Source of the DNA: Candidatus Beckwithbacteria bacterium GW2011_GWC1_49_16
GTDB lineage: Bacteria > Patescibacteriota > Microgenomatia > UBA1400 > CG1-02-47-37
Direction: 5' to 3'
NCBI GenBank assembly: GCA_001029675.1
Contig: CP011210.1
Span: 1,014,891-1,049,888, forward strand
DNA length: 34,998 nt
Below, in pieces: positions 1 to 9,635 of this stretch (positions are counted from its first letter, which is position 1; each line of letters starts with the position of its first letter). The translations under genes and the position numbers were made by a program. Under the pieces are notes generated by a model. It saw only the letters and a program-made list of their open reading frames with translations. It ran no database searches and was not told the DNA's origin.

Positions 1-553
1 GTTTGGCTTTTAGCCCCAAGCGGGTCAATTGGCCGACCAGGTGGTCTCTTTTGGGCACCAGAGCGGTGGCGGCTTTTTGGATGATGTAGTCTTTGTCAAA
101 GGGGAGGCCTTTTGATTTTCTGACTACAGAAGAAAGGGTGGAGCTGACGCCCAGTTCCAAAGCCGAAAAAGGGATGACGATGTAGAATTTTTTATCCAAA
201 ACGTCGTTTTCCTTAACGGTTTGGGTGATAAAGTCGCGGTATTTTACCAGCTGGCCTTTGAGTAACGGGTTTTTGATTTTTTGCTCCTGGGTGTTTAAAA
301 GGGCCAGATAGCTTTGGATGTTTTTTTTCTGGGAGTGGATTAAGATTTGTACCGGAAAAGTCAACGAGTTTAACATTCCGGCATAAGCGTAGATGGTGGC
401 GTCTTGTTCGCCTTCGGACAGAAGCGAAAAGTTGACGGCGGTGGTTTGAAGAATTAGGCAACAAGAGCCGTCTTTTAAAATCACCAGGTCGTTTCTGATG
501 TCCTCGATGTCGAGGTGGTCTTGGGTGCTGGCTTTGATGGGGGCAGGGGGCAT
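1..553 (-). CDS. TraC/VirB4-associated protein of CPR T4SS-like loci (3' end beyond the window edge)
   Basis: Not in the ORF track. Manual translation from ATG at 553 gives MPPAPIKASTQDHLDIEDIRNDLVILKDGSCCLILQTTAVNFSLLSEGEQDATIYAYAGMLNSLTFPVQILI..., open to position 1. It starts 1 bp after the PrgI stop. The STQ.HL.I..I / VNF.L.S..EQ / LNSL.FP.QI pattern is typical of the protein found between PrgI and the VirB4 ATPase in CPR genomes. Confidence 0.75.
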   Translation of the reverse strand, partial: MPPAPIKASTQDHLDIEDIRNDLVILKDGSCCLILQTTAVNFSLLSEGEQDATIYAYAGMLNSLTFPVQILIHSQKKNIQSYLALLNTQEQKIKNPLLKGQLVKYRDFITQTVKENDVLDKKFYIVIPFSALELGVSSTLSSVVRKSKGLPFDKDYIIQKAATALVPKRDHLVGQLTRLGLKAK

Positions 554-554
554 G

Positions 555-1730
555 TTATTGGGCTTGAATTTTTAATGGCGGTATTACTTCGCCTTTGGCT
601 TCGAGTTTGATTATAGCAAAGGCGTGGTCAGGGTGGTCGGCCTCGATCTGGTAGATGCCGTCGGGTAAGGGGGTGGCGATAAAAAATTGGCCGAGCTTAT
701 TTGATTTTAGAGCCCGGACGGGGTGACCCTGGTTGTCTTTTATTTCCAAAATGACGTTGGGGGCGATTTTGCCAAGTTTGTCTAAAGTGACACCGGCCAG
801 CAGGTTGGGTTTTTCCGGGGTTTGGGGCAGGATGACGTCTTTGGCAAAAGTAGGAGTAGTGGTGGGTTGAGGTTGCGGCGCTGGTCCCGACCCGACTGTA
901 GTCGTGGCCGTGGATCCTCGGTCCGGCTTCTGCCGAGACCGGGGAGGGTTTTTAGCCGGAAGTTTTTTAACAGGTTTAGCTGGTTTGGCGGGAGCCGCCG
1001 CCGTGGAAGCGGTAGGGGGTTTGGTGGTTGCTGGGGGCGGAGGAATTGGAGTGGGGGCCCCGACGTTGCGGTCGGGGTAAACAGGCATGGCGGCCGTTTT
1101 TGGCTCGGCGGGGGCCTGGTAAAGGCTGGCGTGGGGTAGTAGGCACATTTGCGGGTGCAAAAGCTTTCGGACTCGAACGCCTTTAAGGCCGGGTTTGACC
1201 GGAGTTTGGGGTTGGCCGGGGTGGCTCGGTTCTGCCGGCGACGATGGCGGCAGGCCCAGGGCGCCAAACAAACTGGCGATGTGTTGGAGGTACTTTTTTT
1301 CGGCTTGTTCGAAGCTGGTTTCCGGAGTTTGGGGCAGGGTTTTTAAGTATTCAGCTAGTTTTTCCGGGTGGCCGCGTAAAGTCCCAGTGTCTACTGGGAC
1401 ACGCGGTAAACCCTTACTTGGGGCAAAGAAGTCGAGTTTTTTGGGTTTTTGGCGCCATAAGTATTGGGTGGGGGCGTAGATGGAGCGGAAGAAGTTAATA
1501 ATCCACTGGTCAAGCGGCCGGTCTTCGATAGGTAAAAAAGCCAGGGCAAAGCCAAAAAAGGCTAAGATCGGTCCCAAGGTCCAGCGGAGAAGCAGGTTCC
1601 AGCTGGAGTTGAAAACAAGGTAGGCAGTAACGACGCCGGAAGCCAGCTCCAAAAACTGCTTCAAGGTCATGTCACCTACCAACCGGAATTGGTAGGTGGT
1701 GATGTTTTGGGGGACGGGGTGTTGTTCCAT
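555..1730 (-). CDS. prgI: PrgI-family membrane protein with Pro-rich linker and C-terminal carboxypeptidase-regulatory-like beta-sandwich
   Basis: N-terminus MEQHPVPQNITTYQFRLVGDMTLKQF, two TM helices and 'IEDRPLDQWIINFF' match the PrgI pattern. A P/T/A-rich linker leads to 'GVTLDKLGKIAPNVILEIKD..G..VRALKSNKLGQF'. Start moved from 1739 to 1730 because TATAAT lies 7 nt upstream of that ATG. Confidence 0.8.
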   Translation of the reverse strand: MEQHPVPQNITTYQFRLVGDMTLKQFLELASGVVTAYLVFNSSWNLLLRWTLGPILAFFGFALAFLPIEDRPLDQWIINFFRSIYAPTQYLWRQKPKKLDFFAPSKGLPRVPVDTGTLRGHPEKLAEYLKTLPQTPETSFEQAEKKYLQHIASLFGALGLPPSSPAEPSHPGQPQTPVKPGLKGVRVRKLLHPQMCLLPHASLYQAPAEPKTAAMPVYPDRNVGAPTPIPPPPATTKPPTASTAAAPAKPAKPVKKLPAKNPPRSRQKPDRGSTATTTVGSGPAPQPQPTTTPTFAKDVILPQTPEKPNLLAGVTLDKLGKIAPNVILEIKDNQGHPVRALKSNKLGQFFIATPLPDGIYQIEADHPDHAFAIIKLEAKGEVIPPLKIQAQ

Positions 1731-1737
1731 TAGAGTC

Positions 1738-1743
1738 ATTATA
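1738..1743 (-). promoter_or_regulatory. -10 box (TATAAT) of a probable leaderless prgI transcript
   Basis: Minus strand reads TATAAT-gactcta-ATG(1730). Confidence 0.55.
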
Positions 1744-1760
1744 GAGTTGATTAAGGGAAG

Positions 1761-1789
1761 ATGACAAGGAACGGGTTGAGTGATAGATT
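1761..1789 (+). promoter_or_regulatory. sigma70-type promoter for the plus-strand orphan block, probably leaderless
   Basis: ATGACA(1761-1766)-17 nt-TAGATT(1784-1789) with TGn extension, then 7 nt to ATG 1797. Confidence 0.5.
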
Positions 1790-1796
1790 AATATAT

Positions 1797-3257
1797 ATGG
1801 ATGCCGTAGGAGTAGAGTTGCCACCAGGAAGAGGCCCGGATATTAAAGAGAAAATAACTAGAACTGCCCCGCGGAGCAGAGTAGGAATATTGGCTCAAGC
1901 CTTGTTTGCTAAAGAATCAGAACACCTGACTTTAATCAAAAGACAAAAAGGTAAAGAAAAAGGCGGAGTTAATTTAGAACGTGTTGGGGCCAGCAAATTA
2001 GTGATAGGACCCATGGTGGCGGAGATGGATCGACTAAAAAACGTCGCCAGAGCCGAAAAACAGGATAAAAGTGACCAACTAGTCAGGAAGGGCGGAGCAT
2101 ACGAGATGGTAACCCGGAATTCTGGTGAGGGAGTCGTTTTATCTAATGAAGCCACGGTGGCGCTTGACGCCTGGACTCCAGAAGGGATGGCGACTTGGTT
2201 TAACCAGGCTCTTAGCAGTTACCAGATGCCTCCTAGACTGGTGGATGTGTGGGGATACCCTGGAGAGTGGAAGTTTGACTTCTCAGCTTTCTCTAAAGGG
2301 GGGGGTATGAAGGTTGAGATCAACGGACAGGAGTTAAAGCTTAGTTATAAAGAGGCAACCAATTTAAGACGGGTGTTTTACACCAGGCTGGGAGTGGCTT
2401 TGGCTCACTATATTTTTGCCGCCCGGGGAGAAGTAGAAGGGGCCATCGCCCAGAGTTATAAAAAAACTCTAGAACGTTTAACTGAAGGGGGAGAATTAAG
2501 TTGGTGGAACTTAAACCAGAATGCGGCCCTGACAGCCGGGATTCAATGGCCGGACCTACCCGGTGACTGGTTAACTTGCGACCCCGTTCAACTTAAGGAT
2601 TGGAAAGAGTTGGCTTCGACCAGTCGTTCGTTCGGCAACAAGGCCGACAAGTTATTAAAACCTAAAGGCGAGCAGGCTAAAAAAGAAATTAGACCAGTGG
2701 CCTATACTAAAAAACAACAGCGCCAAGCTGGAAGAAAACTTTTGGAGCTGTTGGCAGTTTACCCAGAAGATTTTAAGAGCGTTTTAGAAGAAGTTAGGGT
2801 CGGTGACACTCCCGAATCAAAAGGCATGGATTGGTTAGTGGAGATGAAACCAGAAGTCTTGAGGGTTCTTTCGGAAGGGCGTTTAGCTCAATTAAAACAG
2901 GAGGTGGCCAAGTTGTCTGGGTCAGAAGCGGTGGAGAAACTGGATGAAGAGTTAACCAGGAGGGTCGAGCTGTTGCGTTCTTTAGCGAATGACCTTGAGT
3001 CGATTTCGACTGACCTGGAGGATAAAAAGCTTCAACTTCAGTTTGCTGAGGCTCAAAGGGAAAGAGGGGCGTTGGAAAGTGAGCTTAATAAAAAAAAGAG
3101 CGGGAAATACAAAGATGTAGAAGTTGACGTAGAGGATTTAGAGGCTCAAATTGCTGGCGTTGACCGAGAGATTTCTCGGTTAGGGCAAAGACTAGAGCAA
3201 CCAAGAGAGGAAGAGGTGGAGAAGGATAAAAGCAGCAGGAAGGATATGAGTTTTTAA
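1797..3257 (+). CDS. Hypothetical protein with C-terminal coiled coil
   Basis: Long ORF (track start 1761; 1797 preferred from promoter spacing). The last ~130 aa are E/K/L heptad-rich. No family recognised. Confidence 0.75.
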   Translation: MDAVGVELPPGRGPDIKEKITRTAPRSRVGILAQALFAKESEHLTLIKRQKGKEKGGVNLERVGASKLVIGPMVAEMDRLKNVARAEKQDKSDQLVRKGGAYEMVTRNSGEGVVLSNEATVALDAWTPEGMATWFNQALSSYQMPPRLVDVWGYPGEWKFDFSAFSKGGGMKVEINGQELKLSYKEATNLRRVFYTRLGVALAHYIFAARGEVEGAIAQSYKKTLERLTEGGELSWWNLNQNAALTAGIQWPDLPGDWLTCDPVQLKDWKELASTSRSFGNKADKLLKPKGEQAKKEIRPVAYTKKQQRQAGRKLLELLAVYPEDFKSVLEEVRVGDTPESKGMDWLVEMKPEVLRVLSEGRLAQLKQEVAKLSGSEAVEKLDEELTRRVELLRSLANDLESISTDLEDKKLQLQFAEAQRERGALESELNKKKSGKYKDVEVDVEDLEAQIAGVDREISRLGQRLEQPREEEVEKDKSSRKDMSF

Positions 3258-3265
3258 AAATTAAT

Positions 3266-6200
3266 ATGGCAGACGAAGCTAAAGAAATACAAATTTTAAG
3301 AGAAACTAATAAAGTGTTGGCCGATGAAGCTGAATTGTGGGGTAGTTACGAAAAATTGTTGGCCGATCCAACAGCCAATCCAGCCGGATTCAAGCGCTAT
3401 CTGAACGGAGTTAACCAGTTGTTTCGGGCGTGGCAACTAGATAGTTATTCAGAAGGGGAAACCGGGATGACCGGGCCAGACTTATACTGGGTAAAACCAG
3501 AACAGGGGTTGACGCGGCAAGAATTTGAGCGTCAGTTGAAGGAAGACTTAGAGATGGAAGAGGAAAAAATAAAAGAGGTGACCGAAACTATGTTTGGGCC
3601 CAAGGAGGGCAAAGAGGCCTTAACAGAAACAGAAATCAAAGAATTTAACAGTGATCAACTAGGAAAATTTTTAAAAGAGTTAACTGGTTTAGACGTTGTC
3701 AGCCAAGGATCTAAAAAGGACCAATTGGGTTTAGACGAAGTTTGGAAAGATTATATTGGTAATAGGATAAAGGCGATAAGACAAATAGAACAGCCGAGTA
3801 AAGACAGGCAGGAGTTGGTGGGCAGGTGGCTTCAATTCTTTGAGGCAGCCAAGGTTGAAGCCGAAGGGGGTAGCTATAAGCATATGAAAAGACTACAAGA
3901 GTATTTAGGTATTGGCAGATCACCAGTCGACCAATCAAATTGGCAGCAGCGGGCAGAGTTAGTTAAAAAACAGGTTGACAAGGGTGTGACCCGAGAAGAA
4001 GAACTGGTTCGGGAAATAGACGGGTACTTAAGGAAGCCATTACAAGGAGGAAGGCACACAGAAAAATTGATAAGAGAATTTAAACAGAGTGTTGAGTTAA
4101 AAGGAGAGGCGGCGACCCCAGAAGAAAAGCAGTATCTTAGTTTTTTAAATACTCGTTTCGATCTACAGCAAAGATTTCCCCCCAAAACTTTTATAGAAAA
4201 AATAAAACAGGTTTTTCCCAACCGTTGGCTAAAAGGTGAGAACTTAACCGAAAGATTAGATAGAGCAGCAGAATTGTTTTATTGGGCTGATATTGATCCG
4301 GAAAGCTTGTTAACCGGAGAGGGGGCAAAAAGCCTTGATGGTCAGCATATTTTCCTTGCCCGAAATCGGCAGACGTGGCCGTTGATGCAGTTTTTACTGA
4401 CGCAGGCACAAGAAAGAAAAGTTACCCTGGTGAGGAAGTTCGTCGACGAACTGGTGGCAAAGGGGAGAATCGCTTTTGAGGTTAAGGGTAGCGATATTAT
4501 CATGGCCAATATTAGCCGAGAAGCGGGCGGGGTGGGTCCTGATAGTGAGGGTTTGGCGGTGCAGGATCTGTTAGATGAGATCAGCAAGGCTAAAGAGATG
4601 CAGCAAAGGCACAAGCTAGGGAATATAGATTACGACTGGTTAGAGCTTTTGGCAAGGCTGACGACAGCAAACGAAATTAATAAACAGATGATTGACGATT
4701 TTGGTCTTTATCGGGACGAAAGCAGGCTTCCTGACGTAGGCACTTTGGTTGACGGAAAAACTATTGGTCGGCTTCTGGCTGACGAGGGGTTTGTACAGAT
4801 CATCAACGAAGAGGTTTGGTATCCCCAAAAAGACCCCCTTACCGGGGAAATTTCCCTAAAGAAATACGATCAAGTTATAGAAGAGGCCACAAGAGAGCTT
4901 CAGGGGAAATACCCTGGTTTCAAAATTAAAGCGGCGGGGATGTTTTTAGAACAGGCTAGTTCGGTGAGAGCCAGTTATTGGAACTTAATCAAAATGAAAG
5001 ATTTGGAAGATTATTACTCAAGAAACATGGGAATTTTAGGCTCCGGTCTGCCAATTGTTGAGTTACCGGATGGTTGGACTGATTCGGAAAAAAGGGTTGG
5101 CAAGTCATTTTTAAAACTAATGTCGGTGTTTTCTTTGCAGGACAGGTCTTGGAACTTGATGTTTCAAAGAAGTGTTTTAAACCCCGAAGAGATAGAAGCG
5201 GGCGTGAGAAGACATGGAGTGCCTTACGTAACGATGAAAAAATGGGATTGGGAAAAAGGGGGCGCGATTTTAGATTTAGAAGAAAGCCTTGATCAAGACA
5301 AGGTTTTGGAGGTAGCTGACTTAGCGGGCAAGGAAGTTGGGGTGGACGCAGAGGCGGTACTAGATAAAGTAAAAATTTTAGCCATAAGAAGAGAGCAGCT
5401 TAAATGGCAGGTATTTTCGTGGTTGACCGGCAAGCATGGCAAAAGAGTGATCGGGGAAAATGTGTTTATCGGCGAAGAAGGGGGGACGAGGCTGCCTTTT
5501 GGTTATACCCAGAAAGACCATCGGGAGAGGTTGCTTAGTTTTTTGAGAGACGAGAAGGAAAAGGGTAGGGCCAACTTAGAGAAAGTTGATTTTGACACAG
5601 ACTTTATCGATGGCGGATGGTTGGAAGCAACCTTGATGGACATTTTTAGGCATGAGTATAGGGAGGGGGAAAAGACGAAAGAGCTAAGAAACCACTTAGT
5701 TGCTTGGGTGGGCATGGGATTAAGGGCCTCAAGACAGGAAGCCCATGATAAAAAGGCGGAAATTCCAGGGAAGCGAGAGCGGCTAAGAAGTGCCAGAGAA
5801 GAAGCGGGCAATGGCAACTTTACCGTCTTAAGCCAAATGGTCAGCGACCACAAGTTTGCCGACAAAGAAGTTGACGTTGGCAATTGGCAGAGACAAGCTA
5901 GGGAGTTGGAAGATTTATTTAACAGGATTGAGCAAGGTTCGGAAATAACTTTGGATGATGTCAGAATTGCCGGACTTGAGGCATTTACTTTGGGGCTAGC
6001 GTATTTGTTGCGTCCGGAAAACGAGGCAACGTTAAGGCAGTTGGGGCTAGACAGCGAGGCGGGAAGAAGATGGTTGGAGCAACTTCAATCCGACCCCCGC
6101 GAAGCAGACGAGGCGACGAAATTGGAACAAGAAAGGTTCGTTCGGGCAGTAAAACTTGAATTAACCCTTGAAGACATAACCACTTTTGGCATCGGTAGTA

Positions 6201-9200
6201 AATGGCAAAGATATGTGCCGGCGGACGAAGGAGAGAAAGACATTGATTCTTATTTGAAAGAAGCTAAAAAAGAAACTGGTTGGCCAGGTTTACGCCGGTT
6301 GCATTACTATCAGGCTTATCTAGAGGATTATTTTAAATATATCGCTAAGAATTTAAGGGGTTGGCGGCCGCAGGTAAGAATTCCCAGAAGAAAAGGAACG
6401 GCGCCGCGCTACACAAACATAAAACCCTGGGAATGGGTGAAAGAAGCGATGGGGCATATGAGAGACACCTCGCCCCATGACGATATTTATTTTCAGCCCC
6501 ACTTTACCACCGGTTACGCTTTGTCAAAGCTGTGGGCTAACGTAGCTAAAAAAGATATTGCCGAAGATCCAGTATCGGTCACCCAAAAAATGGTTGATCA
6601 ATGGTTGAATGACGGTATGTTTACCGAAGCCATGGTGCCGGTGCCGTGGTTGATCGGCGAGGGGGTGGAAAATCGCGGAGAAGACCCCGAAGGCTATCTT
6701 AAATCAACAGAAAGATTTTTAACCCTGCAGAAGAACCTGTTGAGGGTTACAGTATCTCAAGGTTTCTTTAGGGAGCTGGCGACTCTACCGGTGGTGACAG
6801 CCGAACAGGCTTACGGCCGGCTGATTAATGACCGGATGTTTTTCCATGCGGCGCCACTATTAAATGAAGGCTTGTTGCGACCGATGGAGAGAACGCCTTA
6901 TATATTAGGGATTATCGACATTGAAGATGAAGTTAGAAACGGCAACATTCAAATTATTTCCGATGAGCGGCTGACCAAAGATAATGAGGGGAACTTGATT
7001 GAGGTGTATGACTCGAGGTTTAGAAAAGTCCAAATGGAGTTAATAGGCGGTTTGCTAACAGCGGGGAGCGATCGGGTGTTTGCCCAGATACATTTGTTCG
7101 GCTGGAACAAAATGCAGATGCCCTGGGACGAGTCGGAGCAGCCGTTAAACCAAGGGTTGTATTTGTGGGAAACGATGCAAAACTGGGCCGGATTGGACAA
7201 CTTAACTAACCCTCGGGTACAACTGCAGAGCATTAGGCAACAGTTGTTTGAGGCAGCCTCAGACCCCTTTATTTGGGACACGGAAATAATCGACGGTAAA
7301 GTGCAGTATTCCTTTGTGCCGGAGGCGTGGGTAGCGATTTGTGAGCGGTTTTATGGCTTCAACTTAAGAGACCACGAATCACTAGTTGAGAGATTTGGTG
7401 AAAATGGGGTTCAAGAGTTTAGGAGCAGGTTTGAAGAGGCGATGTTTGCTTATCAAGAGGGAGTAATGAAGGCGGTGTGGGGGGTGGATTTCGAAGGCCT
7501 TGAAGGAACGCCAGAGCTTTTAGGCGTATTTTCTACCTACATAAAAGGAGTGGTGTGGAGAATTTTGGGTTATTATGGAGCGGAAACAGAGTTTGGTCAG
7601 AAACCATCAGAAGCGCCTGAAAGGATAGTTATTCCGCCAGTCGAGTTAAGATGGGTTGACGAGAACGGAAACCAAAGGAGTGACAGTTTGCCTGCGATTA
7701 TCATGGGGTCAACCCCAAACCCAGCAGAGATCGCTAAGGACGTAGCCGAGGGGGAAGACAGAAAGTTAGTAGATATAGAGATTGACGGGCGTATTCAAAA
7801 GGCTGTTGAAGTAAGATACGCTTTGGCCCGGGTTTATCACCGGGATCCTTATTATCGAGAACTGCCGGTTTTCTCAGGACAAGAGTATGAAGAAGCGGCT
7901 AAATTGGCATTTTTGAATTTGCCTCAGCCAAGATCAAGGAATAGGGAAGAGCGCGAGCCGGGTACGGTTGCAGAACAGTTGGTACGAAAGTTGGCCCTTA
8001 TTGCCAAATTGTTAGATAAAGATATGGTCCCGGACCGGGAGGCGGCAGTAGCGGATGAAGACCAAAACATGGTTAGATTGGTGGAAGAACTAGAACAATT
8101 TGCCATTAATATCGGCATTGGCAGAGAGCCGGCGGTGTTGGCAAATTTGATTTACGGGGCCTTAGAAAGCGAAAAAGTAATAGATCCAAGGACTAATGAG
8201 GAGAAGGTAGTTAGGTACAGGAAGAGCAACTTGGAGATGCGGGGGCGGGCCTTTGAAGCAATTAGAGAGTTTTTGGCAAAACCCGAGGGCTTAAGAGCCT
8301 ATTTGAAGCTGATGTACTTTTATGATATTGGGCAAATGGCCTCCGAAGTTGTGGACGGAGCAGTAATAGAAAGAGCGATGAATCTTGTAGGTCAAGAAAG
8401 GCCGCTACAGATGAAAGTTGAAGACTGGTTGGGGGCGGTGGAGTTCATGAACGTTGTGCCTAATAAGCCGGAAGAGTTGAAGTTGATTACACATGAAATG
8501 GTGAAGCGCGCCAACTGGCGGCGGGAAGGGCTAGTTGACATGGTGGATGAGAAATGGGAGTCGGTGGGGATTCTGTTTAAGATGAAGCGGGTGGTGCAAA
8601 AGCGGCTGTATTACTATTTGACCCAAGAGCCGGTGAGGAGGATTAAGGCCTTAGGGATAGGCATAAGTATAAAACTCAAGCGCGATATTTTAAAAACAGC
8701 CATTGAGGCCCAAGATCCGGAATCTGCCAGAATGGCCACCAGACAGCTATCGGAAAAAATCGGCACAATTAAACAGATGTTTGAATTAATGTCCGAACTA
8801 GCAGAGGCACGGCTAGGAGATTTAGCCAAGGAAGTGTTTACCTTAAAGGGTAAAGAGATATTTATTGGTTGGTTGGAAAAGAAGGATGTGCAGACTTTAA
8901 GGGCAGACTTGGTGCCTTATTTCTGGAGCACGTTGGGGGAAAGGTTGGCTAAGAGAGGAGAGAAGGGTCTGGTTAGGGTGTTCTTGGAAACATTTTGGCA
9001 TTGGAGAGAGGGTTGGGATGGTTTGAACTGGAAAGCTCACCTATGGCGACACGGGAGATATCCGATTTGGTCTACGATTTTCGGTTGGCCTTTTGAAAAG
9101 ATGGGAGCACCTGGAGTCAAAGAGTGGATAAAGAAGGTGTGGGATCCCGTCCGGGGGCCGTTGGCATTCTTTGAGTTTGTCCCGCCTACTACTACTTTGG

Positions 9201-9634
9201 TACAACTTTTATCAACGGCTGAGGCAGTAAGCCAAAACTTTGCTTATTTAACTACCCTTGAGAAGTTTCTCCAAAATGCCGACCTAGTGACATTGGCCAA
9301 AGTGGCCGAGGGTATTAATGGAGTTTTATCAAGTGCTGGGGGTCCGGTTTTGGGGTTTGTCATCGCCTACATCCCCTGGCACTTCGGGGTTAAGTTGGTT
9401 AACTATTTAGCCTATAATTTAATTGAGCACGTGGTGAGAAACGGTGGGATTAATATAAACTTGAGAGATATCCCAATTCAGATTCCAATATTGAATAAGA
9501 TTAAAATTCAGATCCCAATTCGGAAGTTATTCAGGCCAGGTGGACAGCCACCCGATTGGACTAAGGGCAATCCGGATTATAATATGAAAAACTCCGACGA
9601 GTTTGTGGAGATTGAGAAAGAGCATAAGCTTTAA
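3266..9634 (+). CDS. Very large (2122 aa) hypothetical, mostly helical/charged protein with a hydrophobic C-terminal region
   Basis: Uninterrupted 6.4-kb ORF, 8 bp after the previous stop, E/K/R/L-rich. The C-terminal ~200 aa are Trp-rich with hydrophobic stretches (GGPVLGFVIAYIPWHFGVKLVNYLAY). No motif recognised. Confidence 0.85.
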   Translation: MADEAKEIQILRETNKVLADEAELWGSYEKLLADPTANPAGFKRYLNGVNQLFRAWQLDSYSEGETGMTGPDLYWVKPEQGLTRQEFERQLKEDLEMEEEKIKEVTETMFGPKEGKEALTETEIKEFNSDQLGKFLKELTGLDVVSQGSKKDQLGLDEVWKDYIGNRIKAIRQIEQPSKDRQELVGRWLQFFEAAKVEAEGGSYKHMKRLQEYLGIGRSPVDQSNWQQRAELVKKQVDKGVTREEELVREIDGYLRKPLQGGRHTEKLIREFKQSVELKGEAATPEEKQYLSFLNTRFDLQQRFPPKTFIEKIKQVFPNRWLKGENLTERLDRAAELFYWADIDPESLLTGEGAKSLDGQHIFLARNRQTWPLMQFLLTQAQERKVTLVRKFVDELVAKGRIAFEVKGSDIIMANISREAGGVGPDSEGLAVQDLLDEISKAKEMQQRHKLGNIDYDWLELLARLTTANEINKQMIDDFGLYRDESRLPDVGTLVDGKTIGRLLADEGFVQIINEEVWYPQKDPLTGEISLKKYDQVIEEATRELQGKYPGFKIKAAGMFLEQASSVRASYWNLIKMKDLEDYYSRNMGILGSGLPIVELPDGWTDSEKRVGKSFLKLMSVFSLQDRSWNLMFQRSVLNPEEIEAGVRRHGVPYVTMKKWDWEKGGAILDLEESLDQDKVLEVADLAGKEVGVDAEAVLDKVKILAIRREQLKWQVFSWLTGKHGKRVIGENVFIGEEGGTRLPFGYTQKDHRERLLSFLRDEKEKGRANLEKVDFDTDFIDGGWLEATLMDIFRHEYREGEKTKELRNHLVAWVGMGLRASRQEAHDKKAEIPGKRERLRSAREEAGNGNFTVLSQMVSDHKFADKEVDVGNWQRQARELEDLFNRIEQGSEITLDDVRIAGLEAFTLGLAYLLRPENEATLRQLGLDSEAGRRWLEQLQSDPREADEATKLEQERFVRAVKLELTLEDITTFGIGSKWQRYVPADEGEKDIDSYLKEAKKETGWPGLRRLHYYQAYLEDYFKYIAKNLRGWRPQVRIPRRKGTAPRYTNIKPWEWVKEAMGHMRDTSPHDDIYFQPHFTTGYALSKLWANVAKKDIAEDPVSVTQKMVDQWLNDGMFTEAMVPVPWLIGEGVENRGEDPEGYLKSTERFLTLQKNLLRVTVSQGFFRELATLPVVTAEQAYGRLINDRMFFHAAPLLNEGLLRPMERTPYILGIIDIEDEVRNGNIQIISDERLTKDNEGNLIEVYDSRFRKVQMELIGGLLTAGSDRVFAQIHLFGWNKMQMPWDESEQPLNQGLYLWETMQNWAGLDNLTNPRVQLQSIRQQLFEAASDPFIWDTEIIDGKVQYSFVPEAWVAICERFYGFNLRDHESLVERFGENGVQEFRSRFEEAMFAYQEGVMKAVWGVDFEGLEGTPELLGVFSTYIKGVVWRILGYYGAETEFGQKPSEAPERIVIPPVELRWVDENGNQRSDSLPAIIMGSTPNPAEIAKDVAEGEDRKLVDIEIDGRIQKAVEVRYALARVYHRDPYYRELPVFSGQEYEEAAKLAFLNLPQPRSRNREEREPGTVAEQLVRKLALIAKLLDKDMVPDREAAVADEDQNMVRLVEELEQFAINIGIGREPAVLANLIYGALESEKVIDPRTNEEKVVRYRKSNLEMRGRAFEAIREFLAKPEGLRAYLKLMYFYDIGQMASEVVDGAVIERAMNLVGQERPLQMKVEDWLGAVEFMNVVPNKPEELKLITHEMVKRANWRREGLVDMVDEKWESVGILFKMKRVVQKRLYYYLTQEPVRRIKALGIGISIKLKRDILKTAIEAQDPESARMATRQLSEKIGTIKQMFELMSELAEARLGDLAKEVFTLKGKEIFIGWLEKKDVQTLRADLVPYFWSTLGERLAKRGEKGLVRVFLETFWHWREGWDGLNWKAHLWRHGRYPIWSTIFGWPFEKMGAPGVKEWIKKVWDPVRGPLAFFEFVPPTTTLVQLLSTAEAVSQNFAYLTTLEKFLQNADLVTLAKVAEGINGVLSSAGGPVLGFVIAYIPWHFGVKLVNYLAYNLIEHVVRNGGININLRDIPIQIPILNKIKIQIPIRKLFRPGGQPPDWTKGNPDYNMKNSDEFVEIEKEHKL

Positions 9635-9635
9635 A

